From the NCBI GenBank assembly GCA_010093745.1, contig MU005967.1, forward strand, positions 248,001-312,000: DNA of 64,000 nt, written 5' to 3'. Under the pieces are notes generated by a model that was not told the DNA's origin, searched no databases, and saw nothing but the letters and a program-made list of their open reading frames with translations. Shown one piece after another: positions 41,224 through 53,508 of this stretch (the first letter of the stretch is position 1; each line of letters opens with the position of its first letter). This DNA is from Piedraia hortae CBS 480.64 (lineage: Eukaryota). The position numbers and the translations under genes are program-made.

Positions 41224-43716
41224 TCAGTCATCTGATGAGTCGGAGTCGTCATCAGACGAACTATCCGAAGAGCCATCACTAGATGAGGTGTCGCTCGAAG
41301 ACTCATCCGAACTCTTGGCCCACGATGTGGATTTGTCTTCTCCTATACGGGCCCTGGCGACGTCCCTGGTTGAGGAGCTGCTACTTGAGGAACTAGAGTC
41401 AGAGGAATAATCTTCCTGCTTGACTTGAGAGAGGCCAGAGCCTTTGCTCGTTGAAGCCTCACTGGTAGTTTTGACTGAGTCGGCTTGAGAACCGTTCGTA
41501 TCTTCGGAAGTAGAACCTTTAGAAGACGTGGTGCTGGTATTGCTGCTCATGGATGCTTCTTTGCGTTGAATCGTAGATAACTTGACAGCGCCGCTCTCTG
41601 AGGGATTAAGCTCGCTTTTGCTCGAAGATGCAGAAGAGTCGCTTTCGTCAGAGCTCGAGCTTTCGTCAGAACTGGTAGCACTATGGATCTGCGACACTTT
41701 GTGGGTTTGTGGCATGGGGGCAGCTGATTTTTGCTTGGACAAGGCGGCATGGAGGGCACCATCATTTTTGGGAGCATTCCCACCCTTAGATGCCGCATCT
41801 AGATTGCATTCGTCCTCGTCCTCGCTGTCGACAACGCGCGAAGCGCTTTTGGACTCAGATCCTTTACTGTAACCTCGCGGCAATTGTTCGGCTTCTAGCC
41901 CTTGCTCTTGGGATTCTAGTTCGATTAAAGATGCGAGCAACATAGCTTTTCCGGGAATGGTTTTGATCGAACGGGGTAGCTTGTCCTGTGACTTTTCCAA
42001 TTCCTCATAAAATACCCTGCGTCGTAGCCTGCTATCGAAGCGACTTTGGGAGGTACGTTGACTCACAATAGACCACACGGTGCTTTCATTTCGATACGTC
42101 TTGTTGCTATCGACAGCCGTGTGGATTTCTGTCAAGATGTCAAAGATGTCACCGAGCTGGAGGCTAGGCAGAATTGCAGTAAGTGGCCTTTGCTTCTTGG
42201 ATGGCACAACTGGCGTTGTAGGTTCGCTCACGCTCAAGCCGCTTTGGCTATGCACCTTCTTCAGCAATACATACTTGTCTCGACAATGCTTTGCGTTGCG
42301 TTTGCCGTTCATTTTGGCCGACACCGTTTTCCAGTCGATTGACTTCTCAAGGTCTTTATTACGCGCACCGGCTTCAGAGCGGACTTTTTTAAGAGTATCG
42401 TCGACGGCTTCGAGAAGTTCGTTCTCTTCATCCACACTCCACGGACCTGTCTCCGCATTTTCGCCTTTCCCAGAAATGTGACGCCATCTATCACGACAGG
42501 ACTGCGGATCGCGCTCAACAACTTCGGCGATCTTGGCCCAGGAATTGGGGTATAAGGCAAAATTCTTTTTCAGCTGCTCGTCCATCTCTGGGGTCCAAGG
42601 GCCCTTGATATAAAGACTATATCTTCGATGACAGAACTTGCGCAAACTGTCTCGGGTCCGATTAGGAAGGACCTTTGCAATCGAGTCTTTGAACTCTCCC
42701 GCGTTACGCCAGTCAGCGATCAGCCTTCGAAGGCTATTATCGTTATATTCGGGGTTATGGTTGAGGAACCAGGCAAATACCTGATCGCAAATTTCTTTTT
42801 CATTGTCCCTAAAGGATCCTGAGCTCGGTCCGTCTCTGACGGGTGGTGGTAGGTTGGCAGCCTGGGTACGCTTGAGACTCACTTTATTGGTATTGCCGTC
42901 TTCTTCATCGACAAGAGGAAATATGGATGGGTCGATATCGTCTCCGCCAGAGCTGTCGTGCTGACCACGACTCAAGGCTGGAGTTGCAGGCTTCTCCTTG
43001 CTTTTCTTCTTGGGCTTCTTGGCCTTGGGGGGTGACGATTGCTCCGGAGTTGCGTCTTTTTGACGACCTACGCTTTCTACGCGCGGAGTGGTTTGTGGCT
43101 TTGCTGCCGATCCATCTCCAACTGGCATCAAACCTTTGGATTTGCCAGCAGAAATTACTTCTGGCAAATCCAGCCCTTTTGCCTGGGATGATTCCTTTGT
43201 CGTGCCTTTGCGATCCTGTTCTGTGAGGTGTGGTTCGTTGGTGGCAGCGGACTTCGATTTCTTGTGTGATTCTTGTGGCTTATCACTCGAAACAGGTGGG
43301 GGTGCAAGTGACTTCTTTCCATCTTGCTCTTTAAGCTGTGGTTTATGGGCGTTGGTGGGCTTCGACTTTTTGCGCGATTTGTCTGGTTTGTCGCTCGAAA
43401 TAGGTAGAGATGCAGATGACTTTTTGCCCTCCTGCCCTGCAGGCTGTGATGCATGGGTTGTAGTAGGCTTCAATACCTTGCGCGCTTCCTGCGATTTATA
43501 ACTCGGAACAGGCTGAGATGCACATGACCTGAGCGAATCACCGGAAGTTTTGTGAGCAGCATCGGCCTTTGAAGCTGGAGCAGCATTGCCGTCATTTCGC
43601 TTAGAGCGCTTCTTGGGTTTGCGTATAGCCTCGGTATCGCTAGAGTTTACTGCAGAACGCTTCTTACGTTTGCTCGGCGCCGTTGCATCCTTACTACTCA
43701 AGGTTTGCGCAGACAT
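41224..43716 (-). CDS. Myb/SANT-repeat DNA-binding protein (Reb1/Nsi1/TTF1-like)
   Basis: LPNRTRDSLRKFC.RRY, GPWTPEMDEQL..WAKIA..ERDPQSCRDRWR and GPWSVDEENEL..IDWKTVS..RNAKHCRDKY, with K/S-rich low-complexity ends. Confidence 0.82.
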   Translation of the reverse strand: MSAQTLSSKDATAPSKRKKRSAVNSSDTEAIRKPKKRSKRNDGNAAPASKADAAHKTSGDSLRSCASQPVPSYKSQEARKVLKPTTTHASQPAGQEGKKSSASLPISSDKPDKSRKKSKPTNAHKPQLKEQDGKKSLAPPPVSSDKPQESHKKSKSAATNEPHLTEQDRKGTTKESSQAKGLDLPEVISAGKSKGLMPVGDGSAAKPQTTPRVESVGRQKDATPEQSSPPKAKKPKKKSKEKPATPALSRGQHDSSGGDDIDPSIFPLVDEEDGNTNKVSLKRTQAANLPPPVRDGPSSGSFRDNEKEICDQVFAWFLNHNPEYNDNSLRRLIADWRNAGEFKDSIAKVLPNRTRDSLRKFCHRRYSLYIKGPWTPEMDEQLKKNFALYPNSWAKIAEVVERDPQSCRDRWRHISGKGENAETGPWSVDEENELLEAVDDTLKKVRSEAGARNKDLEKSIDWKTVSAKMNGKRNAKHCRDKYVLLKKVHSQSGLSVSEPTTPVVPSKKQRPLTAILPSLQLGDIFDILTEIHTAVDSNKTYRNESTVWSIVSQRTSQSRFDSRLRRRVFYEELEKSQDKLPRSIKTIPGKAMLLASLIELESQEQGLEAEQLPRGYSKGSESKSASRVVDSEDEDECNLDAASKGGNAPKNDGALHAALSKQKSAAPMPQTHKVSQIHSATSSDESSSSDESDSSASSSKSELNPSESGAVKLSTIQRKEASMSSNTSTTSSKGSTSEDTNGSQADSVKTTSEASTSKGSGLSQVKQEDYSSDSSSSSSSSSTRDVARARIGEDKSTSWAKSSDESSSDTSSSDGSSDSSSDDDSDSSDD

Positions 43717-43842
43717 GGCAACGCAAGGGGAGGCAGCGCAACGGCTTGAACGCCTTGGCAACGGTCGAGATTGGCTCCAATCGGCTACGAAGCAGTCACT
43801 GGAAGCTTTGCGCAGGTTAACTACGTTCGACTAATGTTCAAG

Positions 43843-43950
43843 TCACGCGTCACAACGGTGTATGTATATGGCGTTGTTGTGCGCGCGGAACTGGCTGCGG
43901 AAGAAAATTCCGCCTCTTGGCACATTTGAACAGCCAATCACGCGTCACGT
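43843..43950. promoter_or_regulatory. Two copies of TCACGCGTCAC (ACGCGT, MCB-like core) in a divergent promoter
   Basis: Identical 11-mers near 43843 and 43938, between the Myb gene and the membrane-protein gene. Confidence 0.35.
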
Positions 43951-44023
43951 TAGCGCACGTCCTAGCGTTCATGTTGGAGGTTTTGACTGACCAGCCCTGG
44001 GTCGCAAACTGCGCAGCCCAATC

Positions 44024-44808
44024 ATGGACGGCTCCAGTCATTCCATGGCCCACACTACCCGCAATGTCCGCAACAAAGAAAGCCTACCACCTCCCCAGCG
44101 AACTCATTCTCCTCCAGAATCTACCCGTCGCCTTTCAGCTTCGCTTCCCCATGCCCTAGGCGAAACGCCAGAGATGCATGCTGAGCATGACCAAGTCAAG
44201 CCGAAGACCCATACGGGACTCGGAGTTGTTTCGGAAACCAAACTGTTCTATTGCGTGCTCATTCCGTCCTGGATTCTGGAGATCGTGTCAGCAGCAGTGG
44301 GATCCATCTACCACACATGGCACCCGGCATTTATAGCCTGTTTCACTTTGTTTATGGTCTTACATTGGTGGGCTTGGCTGCAAACCACAGTGGGGATGCT
44401 GCAACGAGCAAGCTGGGTTCGGGACGAGAGCGACCTCGTTGATAGACGCCAGTTCCTCTACTTCGCTGTGCGCCTAAACCGACTTCAGGTCGTATGTGAT
44501 CTGCTACTGTTTAACCTGTATCCGTGCTAACGTTTAACAAGCCCACGGCATTCATTGCCTTTATCGCCTTTATTCAGGCCTACCCGCGGCGGGGTAAACT
44601 TGATGACCTAGCGTTCTGGCTGTTGTTTCTATTGATTTTCATCTGGAACACGGTTTTCAGTGTGATGAACGCCTACAACAACATTACATGGGAAACGGAG
44701 CGTCTACAGTACGAAGAGGGCGAGATGCCGTTTGGCAACACGTTCCTTGCGATCTTAGGCATTCCAACGACGGCCAAGGAGTTGCCGCCTAATCCCAAAG
44801 GGGACTAG
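44024..44808 (+). CDS. Hypothetical multi-pass membrane protein, intron 44492-44541
   Basis: About four hydrophobic segments. A GTATGT...GCTAAC...AAG intron joins the two ORFs in frame. Confidence 0.7.
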
Positions 44809-44946
44809 ACAGCCGCTGTAATTACGTAATACAATGATGTCATTATTGAGCGCTAGCCATTCAGGGCTAGCGCCAGTGACGTCGCGCTCTGTCGCGTCGC
44901 GCGTCTTTTGCCATCCATCTGCAGCATCGTTAGGCTCCTTGAAGTC

Positions 44947-47400
44947 ATGACAGCCGTTACGCCCAACACCAAAGAGAATTTTGCCCCGTCTTTGCAACGA
45001 TCGAACAAACCCCGAGCGCGAATCTATGGTGGAACCCCCCAATCGGCCGATCGCCTGATCAAGCCCTTTAAATGTCCCGGAGCCAAAACCACAACTCGTG
45101 CTTCAGATAAACCGGCGAGGAAGAGACGGAAGGTTGACTATTCTGGTGCTGGTGGTGAAGATATCGAAGACGGCGACAAGCCGTACACCAATGAAGACCG
45201 ATTGGCTCTTGCCACTCGTGATATCAATCGCTTCCCTGTATACAAGCCCAAAGATTCACAGACTGCATTCCGAGCTCGATTCTCAGTGCCGCTGAAGAAC
45301 AAAGATGCGGGCGGATACAATCCTGCTCGACCGCCACCCCTCCTGGGCCTGAGACAGGGCGCAGTATTCGTGGCACGACCGCTGCACGATCCAAGTGGCG
45401 AGTTTGCCATTGTGCTATTTGACCCTACAGTTGACGGCAAGCCAGAGGAAAAGGCGGCAGAGGAGGCGCTCAAGGAACAGGCGACGTCATCACAGGGGAA
45501 GGATGTCAGCGGGAGGGCTAAGGGACGAACTCTGGCGGAGATTCTCGGAATCCAGAAGAAAGACGAGGCGGAGTGGCCCAAGGTGCCGGTGGTGATTGAC
45601 CCGCGGCTGGCGAAAGTACTGCGGCCGCATCAGGTAGAGGGAGTGCGGTTCCTGTACCGCTGCACTACAGGGTTGATTGACGAGAACGCCGAAGGGTGCA
45701 TCATGGCGGACGAAATGGGCTTGGGCAAGACGTTGCAGTGCATCACCCTCATGTGGACGTTGCTGAAGCAGTCACCCGAAGCCGGCCGCAGCACCATCCA
45801 GAAGTGCGTCATTGCGTGTCCGTCCAGTCTGGTGCGTAATTGGGCCAATGAATTGGTGAAGTGGCTGGGCCCAGACGCCATAAACCCGTTCGCAGTGGAC
45901 GGTAAAGCATCCAAAGAAGAGCTGACGCTACAGATGCGACAGTGGGCGGCGGCTTCTGGTCGGGCAGTGGTGCGGCCGGTGCTCATTGTGTCGTACGAGA
46001 CACTCCGGCTGTATGTGCAGGAGCTACGTGGCACTTCAATCGGCCTAATGCTCTGTGATGAGGGTCACCGCCTGAAAAATGGCGAATCGCAGACGTTCGA
46101 GGCCCTCAATGGCCTAAATGTGAAGAAGCGCGTCATTCTCTCTGGAACGCCCATCCAAAACGACTTATCAGAATATTTTGCCCTGCTCAACTTTGCCAAC
46201 CCAGGCTATCTCGGCACCAGACAAGAGTTCCGGAAGCAGTTCGAACTCCCAATTCTGCGCGGCAGAGACGCTTCCGCTTCCGATGTCGATGTGCAACGGG
46301 GCAACGAGAGGCTGGCCGAGTTGCTGACGCTCGTCAACAAGTTCATTATCCGGCGCACCAACGATATCCTGTCGAAGTATTTGCCCGTCAAGTACGAACA
46401 TGTTGTGTTCTGCAACTTGGCACCATTCCAGCTCGACTTGTACAACTACTTCATCAGTTCACCTGACATCCAAAGTCTGCTCCGTGGCAAGGGCAGTCAG
46501 CCTTTGAAGGCCATTGGTATGCTGAAGAAGCTGTGCAATCACCCCGACTTGCTCAACCTACCAGACGACCTTCCGGGCTGTGACAAGCACTTTCCTGCCG
46601 ATTTCGTGCCCAAAGACCTTCGTGGCCGTGATCGGGAGGTGAAGCCATGGTATTCGGGCAAACTGCAGGTGCTCGACCGCATGCTCGCACGCATTCGTCA
46701 AGAAACAAACGACAAGATTGTCCTCATCTCCAACTATACTCAAACCCTAGATGTTTTTGAGCAGCTCTGCCGTGCACGCAAATACGGCTCTCTTCGGCTG
46801 GACGGCACCATGAACGTCAACAAGCGTCAGAAGCTGGTGGACAAGTTCAACAACCCCGAAGGGTCCGAGTTTGTCTTTCTGCTCTCTTCCAAAGCTGGCG
46901 GCTGCGGTCTGAACCTCATTGGAGCCAACCGCCTGGTCCTCTTTGACCCAGATTGGAACCCAGCCGCCGACCAACAAGCCCTGGCCCGCGTTTGGCGCGA
47001 TGGACAGCGGAAAGACTGTTTCGTCTACCGCTTCATCGCCACTGGCACAATCGAAGAGAAAATCTTCCAGCGCCAATCGCACAAACAATCCCTATCATCG
47101 TGCGTCGTAGATTCGGCCGAGGACGTCGAACGCCATTTCTCGCTCGACTCTCTACGTGAGCTATTCCAATATCGACCCGATACTACCAGTGATACCCACG
47201 ACACTTTTAAGTGTAAACGCTGCAAGAACGGGAAGCAAACCATAAAGGCTCCTGCCATGCTCTATGGTGATACGTCGACTTGGAACCACTTTGTCAATAC
47301 CGGTTCAGATGGCCCGATGGGCAAGATTCAGGACCTCCTCCTTCGGCAAGAGGCTGAGTGTCAAGATGTGAGTGCCGTGTTCCAGTACATTAGCCATTAG
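44947..47400 (+). CDS. RAD54: SNF2-family recombination translocase Rad54; intronless
   Basis: Rad54 N-terminus (KPFKCP, ARPLHDPSGEFAIVL), LRPHQVEGV, ADEMGLGKT, CDEGHRLKN, QALARVWRDGQ and DTHDTFKCKRC. Confidence 0.96.
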   Translation: MTAVTPNTKENFAPSLQRSNKPRARIYGGTPQSADRLIKPFKCPGAKTTTRASDKPARKRRKVDYSGAGGEDIEDGDKPYTNEDRLALATRDINRFPVYKPKDSQTAFRARFSVPLKNKDAGGYNPARPPPLLGLRQGAVFVARPLHDPSGEFAIVLFDPTVDGKPEEKAAEEALKEQATSSQGKDVSGRAKGRTLAEILGIQKKDEAEWPKVPVVIDPRLAKVLRPHQVEGVRFLYRCTTGLIDENAEGCIMADEMGLGKTLQCITLMWTLLKQSPEAGRSTIQKCVIACPSSLVRNWANELVKWLGPDAINPFAVDGKASKEELTLQMRQWAAASGRAVVRPVLIVSYETLRLYVQELRGTSIGLMLCDEGHRLKNGESQTFEALNGLNVKKRVILSGTPIQNDLSEYFALLNFANPGYLGTRQEFRKQFELPILRGRDASASDVDVQRGNERLAELLTLVNKFIIRRTNDILSKYLPVKYEHVVFCNLAPFQLDLYNYFISSPDIQSLLRGKGSQPLKAIGMLKKLCNHPDLLNLPDDLPGCDKHFPADFVPKDLRGRDREVKPWYSGKLQVLDRMLARIRQETNDKIVLISNYTQTLDVFEQLCRARKYGSLRLDGTMNVNKRQKLVDKFNNPEGSEFVFLLSSKAGGCGLNLIGANRLVLFDPDWNPAADQQALARVWRDGQRKDCFVYRFIATGTIEEKIFQRQSHKQSLSSCVVDSAEDVERHFSLDSLRELFQYRPDTTSDTHDTFKCKRCKNGKQTIKAPAMLYGDTSTWNHFVNTGSDGPMGKIQDLLLRQEAECQDVSAVFQYISH

Positions 47401-47643
47401 CGGTTCTTTGGAGGGGGGTATGTTTTTACTGTTTGCATGCTTTATCTCAGCGTTTGGCGGTGTTTGTAGATAAATGGAAGTTAATGATATGAAGATGATT
47501 GATGGGTGTCTGCTGCTCTATACAGTGGTGCTCTGCCGTATGTACCAAGAACTTTGATCCCTGGCAAATCAGGTAGGGTTCAGAAAGACATTGCTATGGG
47601 AAAAGGACAATTCAAGAAGAAAGGCCTAGGTCTAATGACACAA

Positions 47644-49645
47644 CTACCCTTTCTTCATCACCTGATCAACCATATCATGCGAAGCGACGGTCAACCCCAT
47701 CCTCATCCGCGATAGGGCCGCAGCAATCTCTATCGACCTAGCCGCAACCAATTTCCCATCGGTGATGTTGGTCGGCAACGGACGGGTAGTGTCTCTAAAG
47801 ACACCTTCCAATGCCATGTTCATTGGCATGGGACCCTGGTCGCATGTCAGCCGCTCGATTGTATCGATGGCCTCGCTGATCATTCGCGATTGACCAGTTT
47901 CTACAAGCTGGTCAAAAGTGCGAAGGTCTATGCCTGATTCTTCCTCTGCAGGATTCTCTACAGGATTCCTGCTGATTGGTTTGATAGTAATGAAGTTCTT
48001 GCGCGTCGGATATGGATTACTCCAGCCGGTGAGATCGGCTTTGATGTTGCGTTGGAAAATGGGTCCATATACAGACGACTCTGTCACTGTCACGGGATAT
48101 TTGGCATTAAGAGACTTGGTGGCGGAATTCAGGCACTTGGGCACGTATGATTCCATTGCGATGACGTTGTCGGCAACATTGAGCCAGTCTCCGAGGCCAC
48201 CGATGACAATCACCGTGCTGACGCCATGTTCATTGTATAAAGCCCTGACTTTCTCAATCAGAGGCGTGATTGGCTCGTGCTGGAGCAAATGACGCATACG
48301 CTGGTCACGCACCAGCAGATTCGTGGCCGATGAATCCTCATCGATAAGTAGTGTTCGACTTACCACTTCAAGGGCTTCCTGAATGCTGGCAGCCATCGAA
48401 GTAGAGCCGCTAGCATCGTCAGTGAAGAACTTTTTAGTATCCTTGCTACCGGGAAGATTGTTGATATAAGGGCTGATGTCGACTCCGCGAACACTCCGCC
48501 CGTCCTCAACTCGGATCTTAGCTGCGGTTGGATCAGTAACGATCAACTCACGCCCATCTCCTGGTACATGGTTGTAAACACCCAATTCGATTGCCTGCAA
48601 CAGTGTCGATTTACCATGGAAGCCCCCGCCCGTCAACATGGTAACGCCTCGAGGGATGCCCATGCCAGTGATTTTGGTACCGTCATCCATGACGAAAGAG
48701 ATTTCCAGCTCTTCGGGAGAGACGAACGGCACAACATGCTTGGACTTCATTGGCGCAGCATTTGCCCCAGACGCTCTGGGCAAGATTGATCCATTAGCAA
48801 TGAACGTCACGAACCCAGCATCAACAACACGCTGGCGCAAAGCCGACTGTGTTTCCATGGACGCAACATGTTCATGAAGCTTGACAGGGTTGATATTCTC
48901 ATGAACAACCGAACGCTGGACCAGGTCTACCAGGTCGACGGCGAGAATTTGTTTCGCCACGCCCCCCAATATACGACGCCCCGCAGCTGGTAGAGCGATG
49001 GTGAATCGTATCTCCAGGTCGCCGTCATCGTTGACAATAACGCTCGAGCGTGGCAAGATCTCTTGACCTGGCGCATTGATGTTGAATGCACCCCCTTTGG
49101 GACCACCCCAGCCGTGCCCACCATGCCCACCTTTGACGCCCTTATCCATGTGCTTGGACCTAATTATTTCGGCACATTTACGGGTGATGTAGTCACACAA
49201 TGCTATCTGACTAATGGGCGATTGCTTGTAATGCTCCGACAGTTTGGTATTGGCCCATGGGATGAAGATCCGAGCCCTTGAAGGGGCGGCGTACGGATCT
49301 GTCTGAATGTAATCAAAACACAGAGCAAACCCCGGGGGACCCTCATTCTCAAAGCGTTTCTTTAGTCGCTTATACTCGGGGTACTGTCCATTGTCGATGT
49401 TGTCTAGAGTCTTTTCAAGGACACTCCACGACTGCGGTTGCTTCTTTTTAGGACTGGTGTCCTCCTCTTCGGGACTTCCAATAGTAATATCATGAGCCGG
49501 CCTATATGGTCTATGACCACCGCGGCCCCGAGCCCCACCACGACCCCCACCGCGACCTGTGGGGTACGGATACCCAGCTTTTCGATCTAGCCAACTCATT
49601 CAGCAATGCGACGTAACTTTGCAGAGGCTGAAACTTACCCGGCAT
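47644..49645 (-). CDS. Stand-alone ABC-class P-loop ATPase (bacterial 'predicted ATPase of the ABC class'/MRB1590-like) with an RGG N-terminus; micro-exon 49639-49645, intron 49587-49638
   Basis: IQTDPYAAPSR, FIANGSILPRASG, Walker A TGGGFHGKSTLL, GDGRE, EDGR, ASGSTSMAA, Walker B LLIDEDSSATN and EPITP. Confidence 0.82.
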
Positions 49646-50333
49646 GATTTAGCTTTTTGACACCCGTCTGTATGCCTATCAAAGGTTTGTGTTTGTGTGG
49701 AGCTGTCGAAATCTGAGCAAGAGACGGTGGAGTGGGGCTGTCACGCTAAAACGCGACGTCATGTGCCTGCTTTCTGCCTCTTTTTTTCCCATCTATTGCG
49801 GTGGTTCTACCAGCTGTGTTGGTTTGCTAACGAGGTCGACGGAGTCCTGCATTGCAGCTATTTCACGAATGAACTGAAAATGAGTAGTATGGTACCGTCT
49901 CAATATTGTATCCTTGACTTGGCAGTGAGCGTAGCTGCTGGTGTGTTCAACCCAATGGATGAATGCATTGTGTTGGATCTTATGTATGCTACTCGTTCGC
50001 AAACATTGAGGCAATGGCGAGGTTCTACGATCTGCGCTAAGTTATCTGATCTCTGTAAGCTAGCTCGTGCACCAAAAAGGAGCAAGTTGATTGGCTGTGA
50101 GCATGGTTCGAAAACGTTTCAACAACAGGACACATTGCCGAGCACTGGGCTTGTAAAGTGCATTTAGTTACTCTTTCACGTCAAAGTTTTACGAGTGGAA
50201 GTGAGATGGTGAGAGGAACGTCATTGGCTGAACTATTCCGCTTTTGACAGCTGACGTCCACTTTAAATACTGAAGCAGCAACACGCCCAACTCCCCTCCA
50301 GTGGACAGCTCATCGTGCGCAGATCAGACAAAA

Positions 50334-53156
50334 ATGGCTGCCCCATACGTGCAGAATCCAGACGGCGTGGGATCCGAGGCCGATGCGGGCAACCAGTATG
50401 GACAACAGCCGCCCGCACCGGCTGCGGGCAAGAAGAAGCGAGCGTATGCCGGCCAAGCATACGACTTCGGGGCTGGAGCAAATGCGGCTGTGGGAGGAGC
50501 GTATTCGGGAGCCCCATCAGTTGCCGCGGGTTACGGCTACCAGGCCCAACCAGCGGTAGGTTATGGCGCTCAGCAGCCCCAGTATGGCGATGCGAACATG
50601 CAGCCCCCCGAGATGCAGCCAGTGTACGGACAGAGCGGTTATGTTCCTCCATCGGCGGGCTATATGCCGCCTTCTGCCGCGTATCCTGCCCCCGGAGCTC
50701 CGCAGAGCGTGGCGGGTCTGACACAACAGTTTGGCCAGATGGACATGGGAGGCACGGCGCAGCAAATGCGTCTGAACACGCTCCAGCCTGTTGACATTAG
50801 CAATCTCAGCATTCAGGGCCAGCCCTTCCACGTCAGCGATCTGGACCAGCCGCCGCCGCCGATTGTGCTGCCACCAGACGCTTCGATAACGCGGTCTCCA
50901 AACGCCAATTGCCCCCCAAAGTACATACGGTCGACATTGAATGCCATGCCGGTCTCGTCATCTCTGCTGAAAAAGTCCAAACTACCCTTTGCGCTCGTGG
51001 TCCAGCCATATGCCTCGCTTCACGATGCCGAGGATGATGTACCGGTGCAATACGACCAGGTGATCGTCCGCTGCCGGAGGTGCCGCACTTATATCAACCC
51101 TTTTGCAAGCTTTTTGGACAATGAACGCAGGTGGCGGTGCAACATGTGCCTATTGCCCAACGAGGTGCCTCAGGCTTTCGACTACGATGCCATGAAACAG
51201 GAATCGATCAACCGGTGGCAGCGGCCGGAGATCAACTATGCTGTCACCGAGTTTGTGGCACCGCAAGAATACATGGTGCGACCGCCGCAGCCTTTGATAT
51301 ATCTCTTTTTATTCGACGTAAGTCAGGCCGGAATTGCTAGCGGTCTTTTGGCAACGGCAGCGAGGTGCATCCTGGAGAGCCTTCACCGCATACCAAATCT
51401 TGACCGCCGCACTCGATTGGGTTTCATGGCCGTGGACGGCTCGCTGCACTATTTCAGCATTCCCCAGGACGGGAGCGAAAGCAACGAGGCTCGTATGCTG
51501 GCTGTCAGTGATCTGGACGAGCCGTTCTTGCCCACGCCCGAGGATCTGTTGGTCAACCTGACCGAGTGCAGAGCCAACATTGAAACGTTTTTGGGGAAAT
51601 TGCACACCATGTTTGCGCACAGCACCAGCATGAGTTCGGCCATGGGTAGTGCTCTACGTGCCGGCCACAAGCTTATTAGTCATGTAGGCGGAAAAATTTG
51701 CGTGCTTTCGGCCAGTCTGCCCAATGTGGGTCACGGGAAGCTGGAGCCGCGCGAAGACAAGAAGCTCCTGGGCACGAGCAAGGAAAATGCTCTACTCCAG
51801 ACCCAGTCCAGCTTTTACAAGAGCTTTGCCGTGGAATGCAGCAAGACACAGGTATCCGTCGACATGTTTCTGTTCAGCGCCTTGTATCAAGACGTGGCGA
51901 GTTTGAGCAACTTGCCCCGATACACTGGTGGTCAGACATACTTTTACCCGGCCTGGAGCGCGGCGAGGTCCGAGGACGCAATGCGGTTCGCGACCGAATT
52001 CAGTGATTACCTTTCATCAGAGATTGGTTTGGAAGCCGTGTTGCGAGTGCGAACCACAAGCGGTCTGCGTCCCAGCGCTTTCTACGGGAACTTCTTCAAC
52101 CGTTCCAGCGACTTGTGTGCCTTTCCTGCCATGCCTCGCGACCAGGCGTACGTGGTGGAGATTAGTATTGATGAAACGGTGAACCGGCCTTGTGCTTGCT
52201 TGCAAGTTGGAGTTTTGCATACGACGTGCAACGGCGAGCGAAGGATCAGGGTCATGACGCTCTGCATCCCAACGACGCAGAACCTGCCAGATGTGTATGC
52301 GTCGGCAGACCAGCAAGCAATGGCCGTCTACTTTTCACACAAAGCCGTTGAGCGTGCACTTTCCTCTGGTCTGGATGCGGCGCGGGACGCAATACAAGCA
52401 AAGATGGTTGAGCTACTGCAGACATACAAGAAGGAATTGGGAGGCGGCAACATGGGTGGCGGAGGGCTGCAGTTCCCAGCAAACCTGAGGGCTCTGCCGA
52501 TGCTCTTCCTCGGCTTGATGAAGAACGTAAGTTTGTCCTACTTTCCTGAGTATCAAGCAGTGCTAACCATCTAGATTGGATTGAGAAAATCTCCGCAGAT
52601 TCCCACAGACTTGCGTTCGGCCGCGCTCTGTCTGCTGTCGACGCTGCCCCTGCCGCTGCTAATTCAGTACATTTACCCGCATCTCTATTCGCTGCACGAC
52701 ATGCCCGACGATGCCGGCTTGCCGCATGCTGAGACCGGGGGCATTGTGATGCCGCCGAAGATGCATCTCACCTCGGCCAACCTGGTGCCTCATGGCCTGT
52801 ACCTCATTGACGATGGACAAAACCAATTCCTCTGGCTAGGTCGTGATGCCGTCCCGGCGCTTGTGGCAGATGTGTTTGGAGTAGAGGACAAAACGCTCGT
52901 GAGGGAAGGCAAGACTACATTGCCGCCTGTCGACACGGACATGAACGAGCGAGTAAGGGCGGTGCTGGAGAAATCGCGCGACCGCAAGAGCAAAGGCTGC
53001 GGTGGCATCACGATGCCGTCGCTATATCTCATCCGGGAAGACGGAGACCAGAGCCTCCGCATGTGGGCACAGTCGCTATTGGTAGAGGATCGCGCGGAAC
53101 AGGGAGTCAGCGGAGCACAGTTTGTTGGCGTACTGCGGGAAAAGGTCCTCTCGTAG
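50334..53156 (+). CDS. SEC24: COPII coat subunit Sec24, intron 52527-52574
   Basis: Zn finger [50 protein letters not shown] and gelsolin-like GLYLIDDGQ. Confidence 0.96.
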
Positions 53157-53508
53157 ACATTGTTGCTTGTCATGGGTGTTTGTCTTACTTTCCATTGTCC
53201 CTTGGAGTCGACGTCGACGGATTGCGCGTTTCCGGAAAGGCGCGTTGTGTCAGACTCCTAAATGGGAAATGGCGCGACCAGCACGCGAAGTCACATGACG
53301 AGGGCCCCGCGTCATATAAACGACGTCCGCTCCCCCGTTCACGAAACAACTCTTGAAGTGGAGCTTGACGCGGGGCTTGGCTGTGGGGCTTGACGCGTGA
53401 CTTGACGCGCTGGTTGACCTATCAAAGGGAGGGGGTGCAGATTCACTTGCGTGGACATGTTCTGGGGCTCGTAGCCATTATAGCTTTCAACACCTTTGAC
53501 CACTTCCA

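Noticed and set aside
49697..50167. 156-aa ORF between the ABC-class ATPase and SEC24
   Set aside because: Non-ATG start, no recognisable motifs, and it lies in a divergent promoter region.
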